A DNA stretch of 64,000 nucleotides from an uncultured Chlorobium sp. (lineage in GTDB: Bacteria > Bacteroidota > Chlorobiia > Chlorobiales > Chlorobiaceae): assembly GCA_964389595.1 (NCBI GenBank), contig CAYMEL010000002.1, positions 20,278 through 84,277 on the forward strand, read 5' to 3'. Positions 51,719 through 60,357 of the stretch are shown one piece after another. Both the position numbers and the translations under genes were made by a program. A model generated the notes under the pieces. It saw nothing but the letters and a program-made list of their open reading frames with translations, did no database searches and was not told the origin of the DNA. How positions within the stretch are numbered: the first letter of the stretch is position 1; each line of letters opens with the position of its first letter.

Positions 51719-52288
51719 TTGACTGAAGGTTTTATTCCGCCGCATGGGGGTTACAAGGAATTGCTTTCTTACAAGAAAGCACAAATTGTCTATGATGCCA
51801 CGGTTCGTTTCTGCGAGCGGTATATTCGGACAGGCGACCGTACCTATGACCAGATGGTTCAGGCTGCACGGTCAGGGAAGCAGAACATTATCGAGGGGAG
51901 CCAGGCTTCAGGAACTTCGAAGAAAATGGAAATAAAGCTGACCAGCGTGGCAAGAGCAAGTCTCGAAGAGCTGCTTGAAGATTATCGTGATTATTTGCGG
52001 TTAAGAGGGCTGGAAGAGTGGTCTCTCGATCATCCTTACACTAAAAGGCTGCGTGAATTGAACAAGCGGCCTGATGCTGACTATGAGACCTTTCGAAAAG
52101 GTATCGAGCATTCAGATCCGGCTATTGCGGCTAATGTCATTATAGGACTGATCAAAGTAACAGCTTACCTCCTCGACCGCCAATTGAAGCAACTCGAGAA
52201 AGCATTTGTTGAAGAGGGAGGATTGAGTGAACGTATGGTCGGTGCTCGTCTGAAAGAACGCTCAAAAAAGAAAAGACTTGAGCCATAA
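51719..52288 (+). CDS. four-helix-bundle protein (23S rRNA IVP / Avd-like fold) with TIGR04258-type suffix domain
   Basis: GFIPPHGGY..L.SY, DRTYDQMVQAARSGKQNIIEG, VARASLEELLEDY, EEGGLSERM; TTG 51719 with AAGGAG RBS. Confidence 0.85.
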   Translation: MTEGFIPPHGGYKELLSYKKAQIVYDATVRFCERYIRTGDRTYDQMVQAARSGKQNIIEGSQASGTSKKMEIKLTSVARASLEELLEDYRDYLRLRGLEEWSLDHPYTKRLRELNKRPDADYETFRKGIEHSDPAIAANVIIGLIKVTAYLLDRQLKQLEKAFVEEGGLSERMVGARLKERSKKKRLEP

Positions 52289-52482
52289 TCAAATATCAGG
52301 CTTGGCAAAGTTGTAATCATATTTAATTGTTCCTTGCGGAACTGGCAGTTTGTATGCAAAACCAAAAATCTTGCTGAATAAACAGTATCCCTCAAACAAT
52401 CCGTCTTTTTTTTTATTTTTAGGACTTACTGTGCAAGGCTGCGTTTTTTTCAACCATAGAAATTCAAATCTTCATTACCGTC

Positions 52483-53433
52483 ATGGGTCTTTTATCAAAA
52501 TTGTTCGGAAAGAAGGAGGAAGAACTGAAACTTCCCCAGGTCAGGGAGGATGAAGCGCTGATCAGGACACTCAAAGGGCACGAAGACCGGGTACTCGGGG
52601 TTCGGTTCAGTCCTGACGGCAAGAAGCTGGTAAGCGGCAGTTTTGATGAAAAAGTCATGCTGTGGGATATTGAAAGCGGCAATGCGCTGCACACGTTGTC
52701 AGGTCATACGACCTGGGTCAAGTGCGTTGACTACAGTCCCCTTGGGGACAAGGTTGCCAGCGGCAGTATCGACAGCACCGTGAGGGTCTGGGACGTTGAA
52801 ACCGGCGCATGCCTGCACGAGTGCAAGGGTCACGATACCGAGGTACGCATGGTTGCCTTCAGTCCCGACGGCAAAACCGTTGCGAGCTGTTCCCGCGATA
52901 CCACGATCAAGCTCTGGGACGTCGAGTCGGGTAAGGAGATAAAGACGCTAACCGGTCATATTTCCTATATAGAGTGTGTTGCTTTCAGCAGCGACGGGAA
53001 AAAACTGGTCAGCTGCGGTGAAGAACCGGTAGTTCGGGTCTGGGATGTCGAGAGCGGAAAAAATACGGCGAAGTATACAACGCGCGACAGGCACTCCTAT
53101 TCCGTCAGTTTCAGCCCGGACGATTCCTTGATCATACTCTGCGGGCGCGACGCGATGGTCAAGATTCTCGATGCGGCCAGCGGTGAAATAAAGCATATCA
53201 TGGAAGGGCACGAAGACGGTGTACGCAGCGTCCGGTTCAGCCCTGACGGTAAAAAAGCCGCAAGCGTTGCAAACGACGAATCGGTTCGTTTGTGGGACGT
53301 GGAAACCGGCAAGCAGATTCATGCCTACCGGGGCCACGTGCACGAAGTGCAGTCGGTCGATATTTCTCCCGACGGCAGCATGATCGTCAGCGGCAGCGAC
53401 GATCACAAGATCAAGCTGTGGAGGGTGAAGTAG
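52483..53433 (+). CDS. WD40-repeat beta-propeller protein
   Basis: Seven GH...FSPDG...SGS.D..V.LWD repeats. Confidence 0.93.
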   Translation: MGLLSKLFGKKEEELKLPQVREDEALIRTLKGHEDRVLGVRFSPDGKKLVSGSFDEKVMLWDIESGNALHTLSGHTTWVKCVDYSPLGDKVASGSIDSTVRVWDVETGACLHECKGHDTEVRMVAFSPDGKTVASCSRDTTIKLWDVESGKEIKTLTGHISYIECVAFSSDGKKLVSCGEEPVVRVWDVESGKNTAKYTTRDRHSYSVSFSPDDSLIILCGRDAMVKILDAASGEIKHIMEGHEDGVRSVRFSPDGKKAASVANDESVRLWDVETGKQIHAYRGHVHEVQSVDISPDGSMIVSGSDDHKIKLWRVK

Positions 53434-53450
53434 CCTGACGCTGCAGCCTG

Positions 53451-53894
53451 TTACGAAAATAACTTTTTGGCCATGCCAAGCAAGCCGTCGAGTCCGCCTG
53501 CATTGTCGATGAGGTTTTCGAGCAGCGACCCTTCCGGACTGGCCTTGTCGACCATTTCAGGAAGCGCATCGGCAATGGCGGTTTCCGCACTTTTTTCGGA
53601 GAGTCCCAGCATGGATGCAAAATCGGCAATCTTGTCCGAGCCGAGAAGGTTCTTGATGGCGTCGCCGGAAATCGAGGCATTTTTTCCGTTTCCAAGCCAT
53701 GACGCTGCAATATCGTCAAGCCCTGATTCTTTCATTTTTCCAAGCAGCGAGCCGAGATCGAGTTTTCCTTCCTTGCCGCCGAAAAGGCTGCCGAGCGCAG
53801 ATGACAACTGACCGGTGTCGAGAGAGGTTGTTGCATCGTCACTGTTGTTCCGGATGACTGACGCACCTAGTTCAAGCAGATCTTTGATATCCAT
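53451..53894 (-). CDS. YidB/DUF937 family protein
   Basis: SGLDDIAASWLGNGKN..IS, LPEMVDKASPEG. Confidence 0.85.
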   Translation of the reverse strand: MDIKDLLELGASVIRNNSDDATTSLDTGQLSSALGSLFGGKEGKLDLGSLLGKMKESGLDDIAASWLGNGKNASISGDAIKNLLGSDKIADFASMLGLSEKSAETAIADALPEMVDKASPEGSLLENLIDNAGGLDGLLGMAKKLFS

Positions 53895-53972
53895 TGGTGT
53901 GTTTGTATCAGGTTGTAAAAATAAGCCTGGAAGAGCAATAAATATACTCCCGTTTCAATATAGTTCTCCTTC

Positions 53973-54410
53973 ATGAAGAGTAAAACCGGGCCACGCCGAC
54001 TTCACCATTCAGGCACCATAACCGTCGATGATTCCGAAATCGAGATCGAGGCTGTCCGCTCACAGGGGGCAGGCGGACAGAACGTCAACAAGGTTGCTAC
54101 GGCGATCCATCTGCGGTTCGATATACACGCTTCATCGCTGCCGGAGTTCTGTAAGAAGAGGTTGCTGGCACTGCATGATAAACGAATTACCAGGGAAGGC
54201 GTTATCGTCATAAAAGCCCAGGAGCACCGTTCGCAGCAGAAAAACCGGCAGGAAGCCCTGGAGAGGCTGCAGGCGATGGTTACGCAGGCCGTGGCGGTCC
54301 GCAAAACAAGAAAAGCGACACGTCCGACACTTGTGTCCAGAAAAAAACGGATGGAAGACAAGGCGCACAAGAGCGTGGTTAAGAGAATGCGCAAAAAAGT
54401 CGATGAATAG
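53973..54410 (+). CDS. arfB: alternative ribosome-rescue peptidyl-tRNA hydrolase ArfB
   Basis: RSQGAGGQNVNKV (GGQ), RSQQKNR, basic C-tail. Confidence 0.93.
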   Translation: MKSKTGPRRLHHSGTITVDDSEIEIEAVRSQGAGGQNVNKVATAIHLRFDIHASSLPEFCKKRLLALHDKRITREGVIVIKAQEHRSQQKNRQEALERLQAMVTQAVAVRKTRKATRPTLVSRKKRMEDKAHKSVVKRMRKKVDE

Positions 54411-54438
54411 AACCCGGCTCTGTTATAGAAATGGTTTT

Positions 54439-55563
54439 CTATGGGGTGTGGACCGGTTCGAGACGCAAGAGCCGACCGTTTCTGCTGTCTGTCAACAGGT
54501 AAAGATGCCCGTCAGGACCGACGCGGACATCGCGGATCCTTTCTCCAAGGTCTTTCAGCAGGATTTCCTGACTGACAACCTTTTCATTCTGCAGGACGAT
54601 TCGTCTGAGATGTCTCTGCACCAGCGCTCCGATAAAGATATTGTTTTTCCACTCGGGAAAAACGGAGCCGGTATAAAATGCCATGCCTGAAGGGGCTATA
54701 GAGGGTGCCCAGTAGACGACGGGTTGCTCCATGCCGGGGGCCGACGTTTTCTCGGAAATGACAGCTCCACTGTAATCGATGCCGTAAGTTATTGTCGGCC
54801 ACCCGTAATTTTTTCCGGGCTTGAGTATGTTGAGTTCGTCGCCGCCTTTCGGACCATGCTCGTGAGACCAGATTTCCGAGGTTTCAGGATGAACGGCAAT
54901 GCCCTGTACATTGCGGTTGCCGTATGTGTAAAGCTCCGGACGGAAGCCTGTGCGGTTGATGAACGGGTTGTCTTGAGGAATGGTGCCGTCACGATTGAGG
55001 CGGATAACCGAACCGAGATGATTCGAGGGTTTCTGTGCCTCATGCATCAGGCCTTTCTCGCCCAGCGTGATAATCAGTGAACTATCGGGCGCAACAAGGA
55101 GGCGTGAACCGAAATGTCTGCTGCTCGATGTTTTCGGCTGCGCCTTGAAAATTATACGCAGGTCACTCAACGACGATCCTTCCAGAACTGCCCGGGCGAC
55201 CTCTGTACCGTAGCCTTGCGGGGACTTGGCAACAAAAGAAAAATAAATGGTCCGGTTTGTTTCGAACCGAGGATCCGCAATGACATCGAGCAGGCCGCCC
55301 TGGCCAAGGGATGCTATCTCAGGGAGGCCCTTTACGACCTTATAACTGCCATCTTTTTCGAACACCAACAATCTACCGCTTCTTTCGGTAACCAGAAATT
55401 TTCCGTCGGGAAGAAATGCCATAGACCACGGATGGTCGAGGTTGGCGACAACGGTTACGACGTTGAAATTTTCCGATGTGTCGGGCTGCTCTCGATGTTC
55501 CTCTGCGCATGCTGTTACATGAACGCTGAAAATCAGGCTGAGAAGTATTCTAGAGAAAAACAT
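54439..55563 (-). CDS. PQQ-dependent sugar dehydrogenase (GSDH family)
   Basis: PWSMAFLPDG, GQGGLLDV, HFGSRL, YGNRNVQG, EHGPKGGDELN. Confidence 0.9.
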   Translation of the reverse strand: MFFSRILLSLIFSVHVTACAEEHREQPDTSENFNVVTVVANLDHPWSMAFLPDGKFLVTERSGRLLVFEKDGSYKVVKGLPEIASLGQGGLLDVIADPRFETNRTIYFSFVAKSPQGYGTEVARAVLEGSSLSDLRIIFKAQPKTSSSRHFGSRLLVAPDSSLIITLGEKGLMHEAQKPSNHLGSVIRLNRDGTIPQDNPFINRTGFRPELYTYGNRNVQGIAVHPETSEIWSHEHGPKGGDELNILKPGKNYGWPTITYGIDYSGAVISEKTSAPGMEQPVVYWAPSIAPSGMAFYTGSVFPEWKNNIFIGALVQRHLRRIVLQNEKVVSQEILLKDLGERIRDVRVGPDGHLYLLTDSRNGRLLRLEPVHTP

Positions 55564-55648
55564 AATCCAACTCTTTTGCCGGGGAGGCCGTATTTTTCAA
55601 AGACAACGAATCCCGAACAGGAAAGGTTGCAGTAAGGAGAAGGGATAC

Positions 55649-55683
55649 AAAAAAAGGCGGCAATAATGGCGCCGCCTTTTTTT
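55649..55683. terminator. bidirectional intrinsic terminator downstream of the M23 gene
   Basis: A7-GGCGGC...GCCGCC-T7. Confidence 0.8.
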
Positions 55684-55699
55684 GTGGATGAGAGATGGC

Positions 55700-57064
55700 T
55701 CAGTTCAAAGCAGGGGCATTATCGGGTGTGGTATTTGGAAGCCCGGCAACAAGAACATCGCGGTTTTCAAGCTGCATGCGGAAAACCGATATCTGGGCGA
55801 GAAAGTTGTCCATTTCGGCCTTGGACAGCTCCTTTGTTTTACAGGCTGACCTGAGGGCAACGAGAGGGTTTTTAAGTTTTCCACGATGCATGACTCTGAA
55901 ATCCAGATGAGGGCCTGTCGAACGCCCGGTTGAACCGACGTAACCGATAACCTGTCCTTGTTTTACTCTGCTGCCGTACCTTGCGTTTGAACTGAAACGG
56001 CTCAGGTGCAGGTATTTGGTGCGGTAACCGTTTGCGTGAGAGATGGATACCATGTTGCCCGCGGCGCCTTTTCTGCCACGAAACACAATCTTTCCGTCAG
56101 CTACAGCATAGACCGGTGTCCCTCTTGGAGCGGCAAAGTCAACTCCTCCATGGAAATGGCGTCTTCTCAGTATTGGATGGGTTCTGTAACCGAAACGGCT
56201 CGACACTCTCGAATAGTTGCAGGGATTGATAAAGAAAGAACTGATGAGCGACCGGCCTTTTTCATCATAATAGCCTGTGTTTCCTTTTGAATCTGTGAAC
56301 CGGTAAGCCGTTGATGGGGCATTACCTATGAAGATCTCGGCCGCAAGTATGTTACCGATACCGACAAATTCATTATCGATCCATTGTTCTTCAAAAAGAA
56401 TATTAAATGTCGTTCCCGGTTGAATGTCGCGCCTGAAGTCGACCTTGTGGGTAAAGAGCTTCTGGAGCTGACTGATCAGCGCATAACGGTTGCTTTTCAG
56501 GAGTTCAGCTGAAATTGTCGATGATACTGTGCCCGAAAGAGCTGCAACCCTGTTCTGGTATTCAAATTTTTCCTGCCAGATGTTGAATTTTGCCGATTCC
56601 GCTTCTTTTTCTACGTGCAGTATGCTCGAGGGAGATTGTTGATAGGTAAAACAGAGAAAATTGCCTTCAGGGTCTTTTTCTACAAGGTATGACTTGCCGG
56701 GTCTAAAGTTTTTTATGGAAAAGCTTTCTTTGAGCTGTGATGCAATCTTGTGCACCTCTGCAGGGGTGAGGCCTTCGCCGGTAAGGATACTGTAGAGAGA
56801 CTCTCCCCTCTGGATGGTGGCTTCGTAAAAGGTGTTTGAAAACGTCGGCTCTTCGTTTTCTACAAATATCTCTTCGCTTGCTTTTGCTATACCCGGTTCA
56901 TAGTCTGAAATGTAGGACTGTGACGATGTCGAAAAAAATACCTGGGATAATCCCATTACGGCGATTAATGCTGATACTGCAAGTATTCCTCTTCGTTGTT
57001 TTTCGTTGACTTTTTCGGTAAACCATTCCCAGCTTTCTGTGAGGTTTTTTTTAACATTCATCAT
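55700..57064 (-). CDS. M23 family murein endopeptidase with N-terminal TM
   Basis: HGGVDFAAPRGTPV, YLHLS, STGPHLDF (HxxxD / HxH). Confidence 0.92.
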   Translation of the reverse strand: MMNVKKNLTESWEWFTEKVNEKQRRGILAVSALIAVMGLSQVFFSTSSQSYISDYEPGIAKASEEIFVENEEPTFSNTFYEATIQRGESLYSILTGEGLTPAEVHKIASQLKESFSIKNFRPGKSYLVEKDPEGNFLCFTYQQSPSSILHVEKEAESAKFNIWQEKFEYQNRVAALSGTVSSTISAELLKSNRYALISQLQKLFTHKVDFRRDIQPGTTFNILFEEQWIDNEFVGIGNILAAEIFIGNAPSTAYRFTDSKGNTGYYDEKGRSLISSFFINPCNYSRVSSRFGYRTHPILRRRHFHGGVDFAAPRGTPVYAVADGKIVFRGRKGAAGNMVSISHANGYRTKYLHLSRFSSNARYGSRVKQGQVIGYVGSTGRSTGPHLDFRVMHRGKLKNPLVALRSACKTKELSKAEMDNFLAQISVFRMQLENRDVLVAGLPNTTPDNAPALN

Positions 57065-57304
57065 GGTCTATCCTCGATTGTTTGTTCATTCGTTCACTGA
57101 ATACACAGATGCTAATGGCAAATCTTCGATTGTGCTGACAAACTTGCCCCGCGGGCACTTTTGCCTGTGATGTCAGGATGATCCTTGTTGGTACATCTTT
57201 TTTGGTAGGGAATTTATAAATTTAAAAAGTAAAAAGATAAATCACAATAAAAGCGGGAAATGATATCCGTTATTCTGAAGAAAAATACGCTGAATGAGGG
57301 CTTT

Positions 57305-57325
57305 TTATGACTTTTCAAGTCATAA
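57305..57325. promoter_or_regulatory. 21-bp operator-like palindrome
   Basis: TTATGACTT-TTC-AAGTCATAA in the divergent M23/MgtC gap. Confidence 0.4.
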
Positions 57326-57411
57326 GTATTGTGATTACATTAAAAAAAGTGCTTTAAAAGAGTTTGCCCATGAGTGTTCGAGATGCCTGGGTATGAAGGA
57401 ATACTGTTGCT

Positions 57412-58671
57412 ATGGAACTCGAAGTCTGGCAAATACTGGGTATTTCCCTTGGCATAGGGCTTCTTGTCGGTCTTCAGCGTGAATGGTCGAAAGCCGAAGG
57501 GGCCGGGATTCGTACATACCCGATGATAACGGTTTTCGGTACCGTTTGCGCAATGCTTGCCGAGCGGTATGGTGGCGGCATCCTGTTTGCAGGAATGCTT
57601 GCAACAGGAGCGATGATGGTTGTGATGAAAATCTTAATGAACCTCAACCTCGCTGATTCCGAGCATCCGCATGCAGGCCTGACTACCGGCATAGCGGCGT
57701 TATTGATGTTTACCGTAGGGGCGATGCTTGCGACCGGTATTGTTGTTCCTGCAATAGCCATAGGCGGTGGTGTAGCGGTGCTGCTGCAGTGGAAAAAGCC
57801 TCTACACGGTTTTGTGCAACGGATCGGAAAGCAGGATATCCAGGCGATATTCCGGCTTGTGCTGATCGCCATGGTTGTACTGCCCGTTTTGCCGGATAAA
57901 AATTTCGGGCCTTTCGGGGTGTTAAATCCCTCGCATATCTGGCTTATGGTTGTATTTATTGTCGGTATCAGTGTCGGTAGTTTTTTGGTTGCCAAGTTCG
58001 TGGGGGCAAAAGCCGGGACATTGCTCGGTGGTATTCTGGGCGGTCTTATTTCGAGCACGGCCACGACGATCAGTTACGCGCGCAGGTCGAAGACGGTGCC
58101 GGGGACGTCTTCTCTTGCGGCTATGGTTATCATGATCGCATCGGCCATTGTCTTTGTTCGTGTCGGATTTGAAATTGCTGTCGTAGCGCCGGGGATCCTT
58201 CCGGACGTTCTCCCGCAGTTTGCTCTCATGTGTTTCTTTATGGCGATGATTGCGTCAACGGCCTGGTTTTTTGCCGGAGGGGAGAGGGGGGAACTCCCTG
58301 AAACGGAAGATCCGTCGGATCTCGGAGCTGCGGTTGCCTTCGGTGCTTTGTATGCTTTTGTTCTTGTTGCCGTGGCTGCAGCGAAAGAATTTTTTGGCGA
58401 CCAGGGGCTCTATGTTGTCGCCGCCTTGTCGGGACTCACTGATATGGATGCCATAACGCTCTCGACCGCAAGGCTGATAGAGGCGGAAAGGCTCGATATA
58501 GATACCGGCTGGAGGATGATGATGGTCGGGGCGATGTCGAATATCCTTTTTAAGGCCGGTGCTGTTGCCATCCTGGGCAACAGCAGGCTTTTCTATCGCG
58601 TTGCTTTGCTTTTCGGGATTGTGCTTGCCGGCGGGGCTGCGTTGGTACTGTTCTGGCCGAAGGTCGGATAG
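57412..58671 (+). CDS. MgtC/SapB family membrane protein with DUF4010
   Basis: LLVGLQRE, AGIRTY, GLTT, GGLISSTATT, SGLTDMDAI. Confidence 0.88.
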   Translation: MELEVWQILGISLGIGLLVGLQREWSKAEGAGIRTYPMITVFGTVCAMLAERYGGGILFAGMLATGAMMVVMKILMNLNLADSEHPHAGLTTGIAALLMFTVGAMLATGIVVPAIAIGGGVAVLLQWKKPLHGFVQRIGKQDIQAIFRLVLIAMVVLPVLPDKNFGPFGVLNPSHIWLMVVFIVGISVGSFLVAKFVGAKAGTLLGGILGGLISSTATTISYARRSKTVPGTSSLAAMVIMIASAIVFVRVGFEIAVVAPGILPDVLPQFALMCFFMAMIASTAWFFAGGERGELPETEDPSDLGAAVAFGALYAFVLVAVAAAKEFFGDQGLYVVAALSGLTDMDAITLSTARLIEAERLDIDTGWRMMMVGAMSNILFKAGAVAILGNSRLFYRVALLFGIVLAGGAALVLFWPKVG

Positions 58672-58674
58672 CTC

Positions 58675-58702
58675 ATTGACTAATGACTATAGAATAATGA
58701 AT
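58675..58702. repeat. four imperfect 7-nt tandem units (AATGAMT type)
   Basis: ATTGACT AATGACT ATAGAAT AATGAAT just after the stop at 58671. Confidence 0.65.
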
Positions 58703-58807
58703 AATGGGGGCTGGTGAATAGTGGAGAGATGATGAGAAGAGCCATCTGAATTATTATGATGTTGTTTTACTTTTTCCTTTTGAATTTTGACTTAAAAGAA
58801 GAGAGCT

Positions 58808-59731
58808 ATGTTAAAAACCAATGAAAAGAACCTTGTTGAATTTTTGTTGCAGTGCCAGCCCGGACCGCCCAAGACAAGGGGAAGCTGGAGCGTCGATCAT
58901 CGCGGAAAGCCGTTTCTCCTGCCTTCCATAGGAGGAATTACGCTGAACGTTCAGGCAGGCGACAGCGCGTTCGGTTGGACCGGGGACCATGTGGAGCCCG
59001 GAGTCAGCTGTACCGCAGATACACACAAGCCGTTCGACCACCCGAACAATGCCCTCCAGATTTATTCATGCGTCGGTAACACCGCGACGGTTATTTCGGG
59101 TGAGGCGAAAGGCGAAAAAGGGGTCGTACTCGGCCACCACGGCGGCTCCGAGCATGTTATCGTCGATTTTCCACAGGAAGTGAAGCAAAAGCTTACTTAC
59201 AGTGACACCATTATGGTACATGCGAAGGGTCAGGGATTAAAACTGCTCGACTATTCCGATATAGCTCTCTTCAACCTTGCTCCCGATCTGCTGAAAAAAA
59301 TGAAGATCAGAAAAGCTGCCGAAAGCATGCTCGAGGTTCCGGTTACAACGGTTGTCCCTGCTGTCTGCATGGGATCAGGGGTCGGGGCTTCGCATGTTGC
59401 CAAAGGCGATTACGATATCATGACGAGTGACGATGAAACGGTCACGAAGTATGGGCTTGACAACATGCGGTTCGGGGATTTTGTCGCTCTTCTCGACCAC
59501 GATAACCGTTTCGGCAGAGCGTATCGTCAGGGCGCGGTTTCCATCGGCGTTGTTGTGCACAGCGATTGCCTGGTTGCCGGGCACGGACCGGGAGTGACGA
59601 CTCTGATGACCTCTGCGAGCCCTCTTCTGAAGCCGGTGATAGATGCCGGAGCGAATATTGCAGATCTGTTGGGTATTGGTACAGCACGGAAAGCATCAAA
59701 CAAGAAAAGCAGGAAAAGAAAAAGCGGGTAG
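58808..59731 (+). CDS. DUF4438-like conserved protein
   Basis: [38 protein letters not shown]. Confidence 0.75.
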   Translation: MLKTNEKNLVEFLLQCQPGPPKTRGSWSVDHRGKPFLLPSIGGITLNVQAGDSAFGWTGDHVEPGVSCTADTHKPFDHPNNALQIYSCVGNTATVISGEAKGEKGVVLGHHGGSEHVIVDFPQEVKQKLTYSDTIMVHAKGQGLKLLDYSDIALFNLAPDLLKKMKIRKAAESMLEVPVTTVVPAVCMGSGVGASHVAKGDYDIMTSDDETVTKYGLDNMRFGDFVALLDHDNRFGRAYRQGAVSIGVVVHSDCLVAGHGPGVTTLMTSASPLLKPVIDAGANIADLLGIGTARKASNKKSRKRKSG

Positions 59732-59873
59732 TTTGTCTCCGGCACGCGCACCGGAATTTTTCCTCAGTGCTTTTTGTTGATTTTTTTTGCGTACACAATT
59801 CTCTGTAAAAGTACTTTGAGTGGCGTTATGTTTCATTGCTTTATGTAACAATAATTGTAAGGGAGGGAGAATC

Positions 59874-60290
59874 ATGCCTATAAAACTCTACGGACGCGAT
59901 CCGCTTAAGATGTTTGAAAATGTTTTCAGTGAAACGATGACTCCTTTTTTTTCATCCATGGCGCCTTCGTTCAGGGTTGATGTGAGTGAAGATGAAACAA
60001 CACTGTACATCGATGCCGATATGCCGGGTGTTAAAAAAGAGGATGTCAAAATCAGTATGGATGAAGAAGTTCTTACGATAAGTGCGGAAAGAACGCATGA
60101 AGAGGAGGAGAAACAGAAGGATTACCACAGGATCGAGCGTTCATACGGCAGCATGAGCAGAAGCTTTACCGTTGGTGAGAATGTTGATGTCGAGAACATC
60201 GAGGCAAAATACGACAATGGTGTTCTTCGGATCGTTTTGCCAAAAAAAGAGCCTGTCGAAAAGCCAAAGAAAGAGATCGATGTGAAGTAA
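59874..60290 (+). CDS. Hsp20/alpha-crystallin small heat shock protein
   Basis: DMPGVKKEDVKI, RIERSYGSMSRSF, AKYDNGVLRI; ATG 59874. Confidence 0.95.
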   Translation: MPIKLYGRDPLKMFENVFSETMTPFFSSMAPSFRVDVSEDETTLYIDADMPGVKKEDVKISMDEEVLTISAERTHEEEEKQKDYHRIERSYGSMSRSFTVGENVDVENIEAKYDNGVLRIVLPKKEPVEKPKKEIDVK

Positions 60291-60297
60291 CAACAAC

Positions 60298-60328
60298 AAA
60301 AAACCCTCCGGATGAGGAGGGTTTTTTT
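60298..60328. terminator. bidirectional terminator between hsp20 and bchE
   Basis: AAAAAACCCTCC-GGATGA-GGAGGGTTTTTT. Confidence 0.85.
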
Positions 60329-60357
60329 ATTAAAGGTTTTTTTCAGATGGAAGATCT

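Noticed and set aside
51000-53433. Possible diversity-generating retroelement suggested by the Avd-like gene
   Set aside because: No reverse transcriptase and no TR/VR repeat pair differing at adenines in the window.
52483-53433. WD40 internal repeats as a possible DNA repeat array or CRISPR
   Set aside because: The repeats are in-frame, diverged protein repeats with no constant-repeat/unique-spacer pattern; no CRISPR array seen anywhere in the window.
59740-59830. CIRCE-like GCAC...GTGC upstream of hsp20
   Set aside because: Spacing is 15 nt rather than 13 and the TTAGCACTC arms are not matched.
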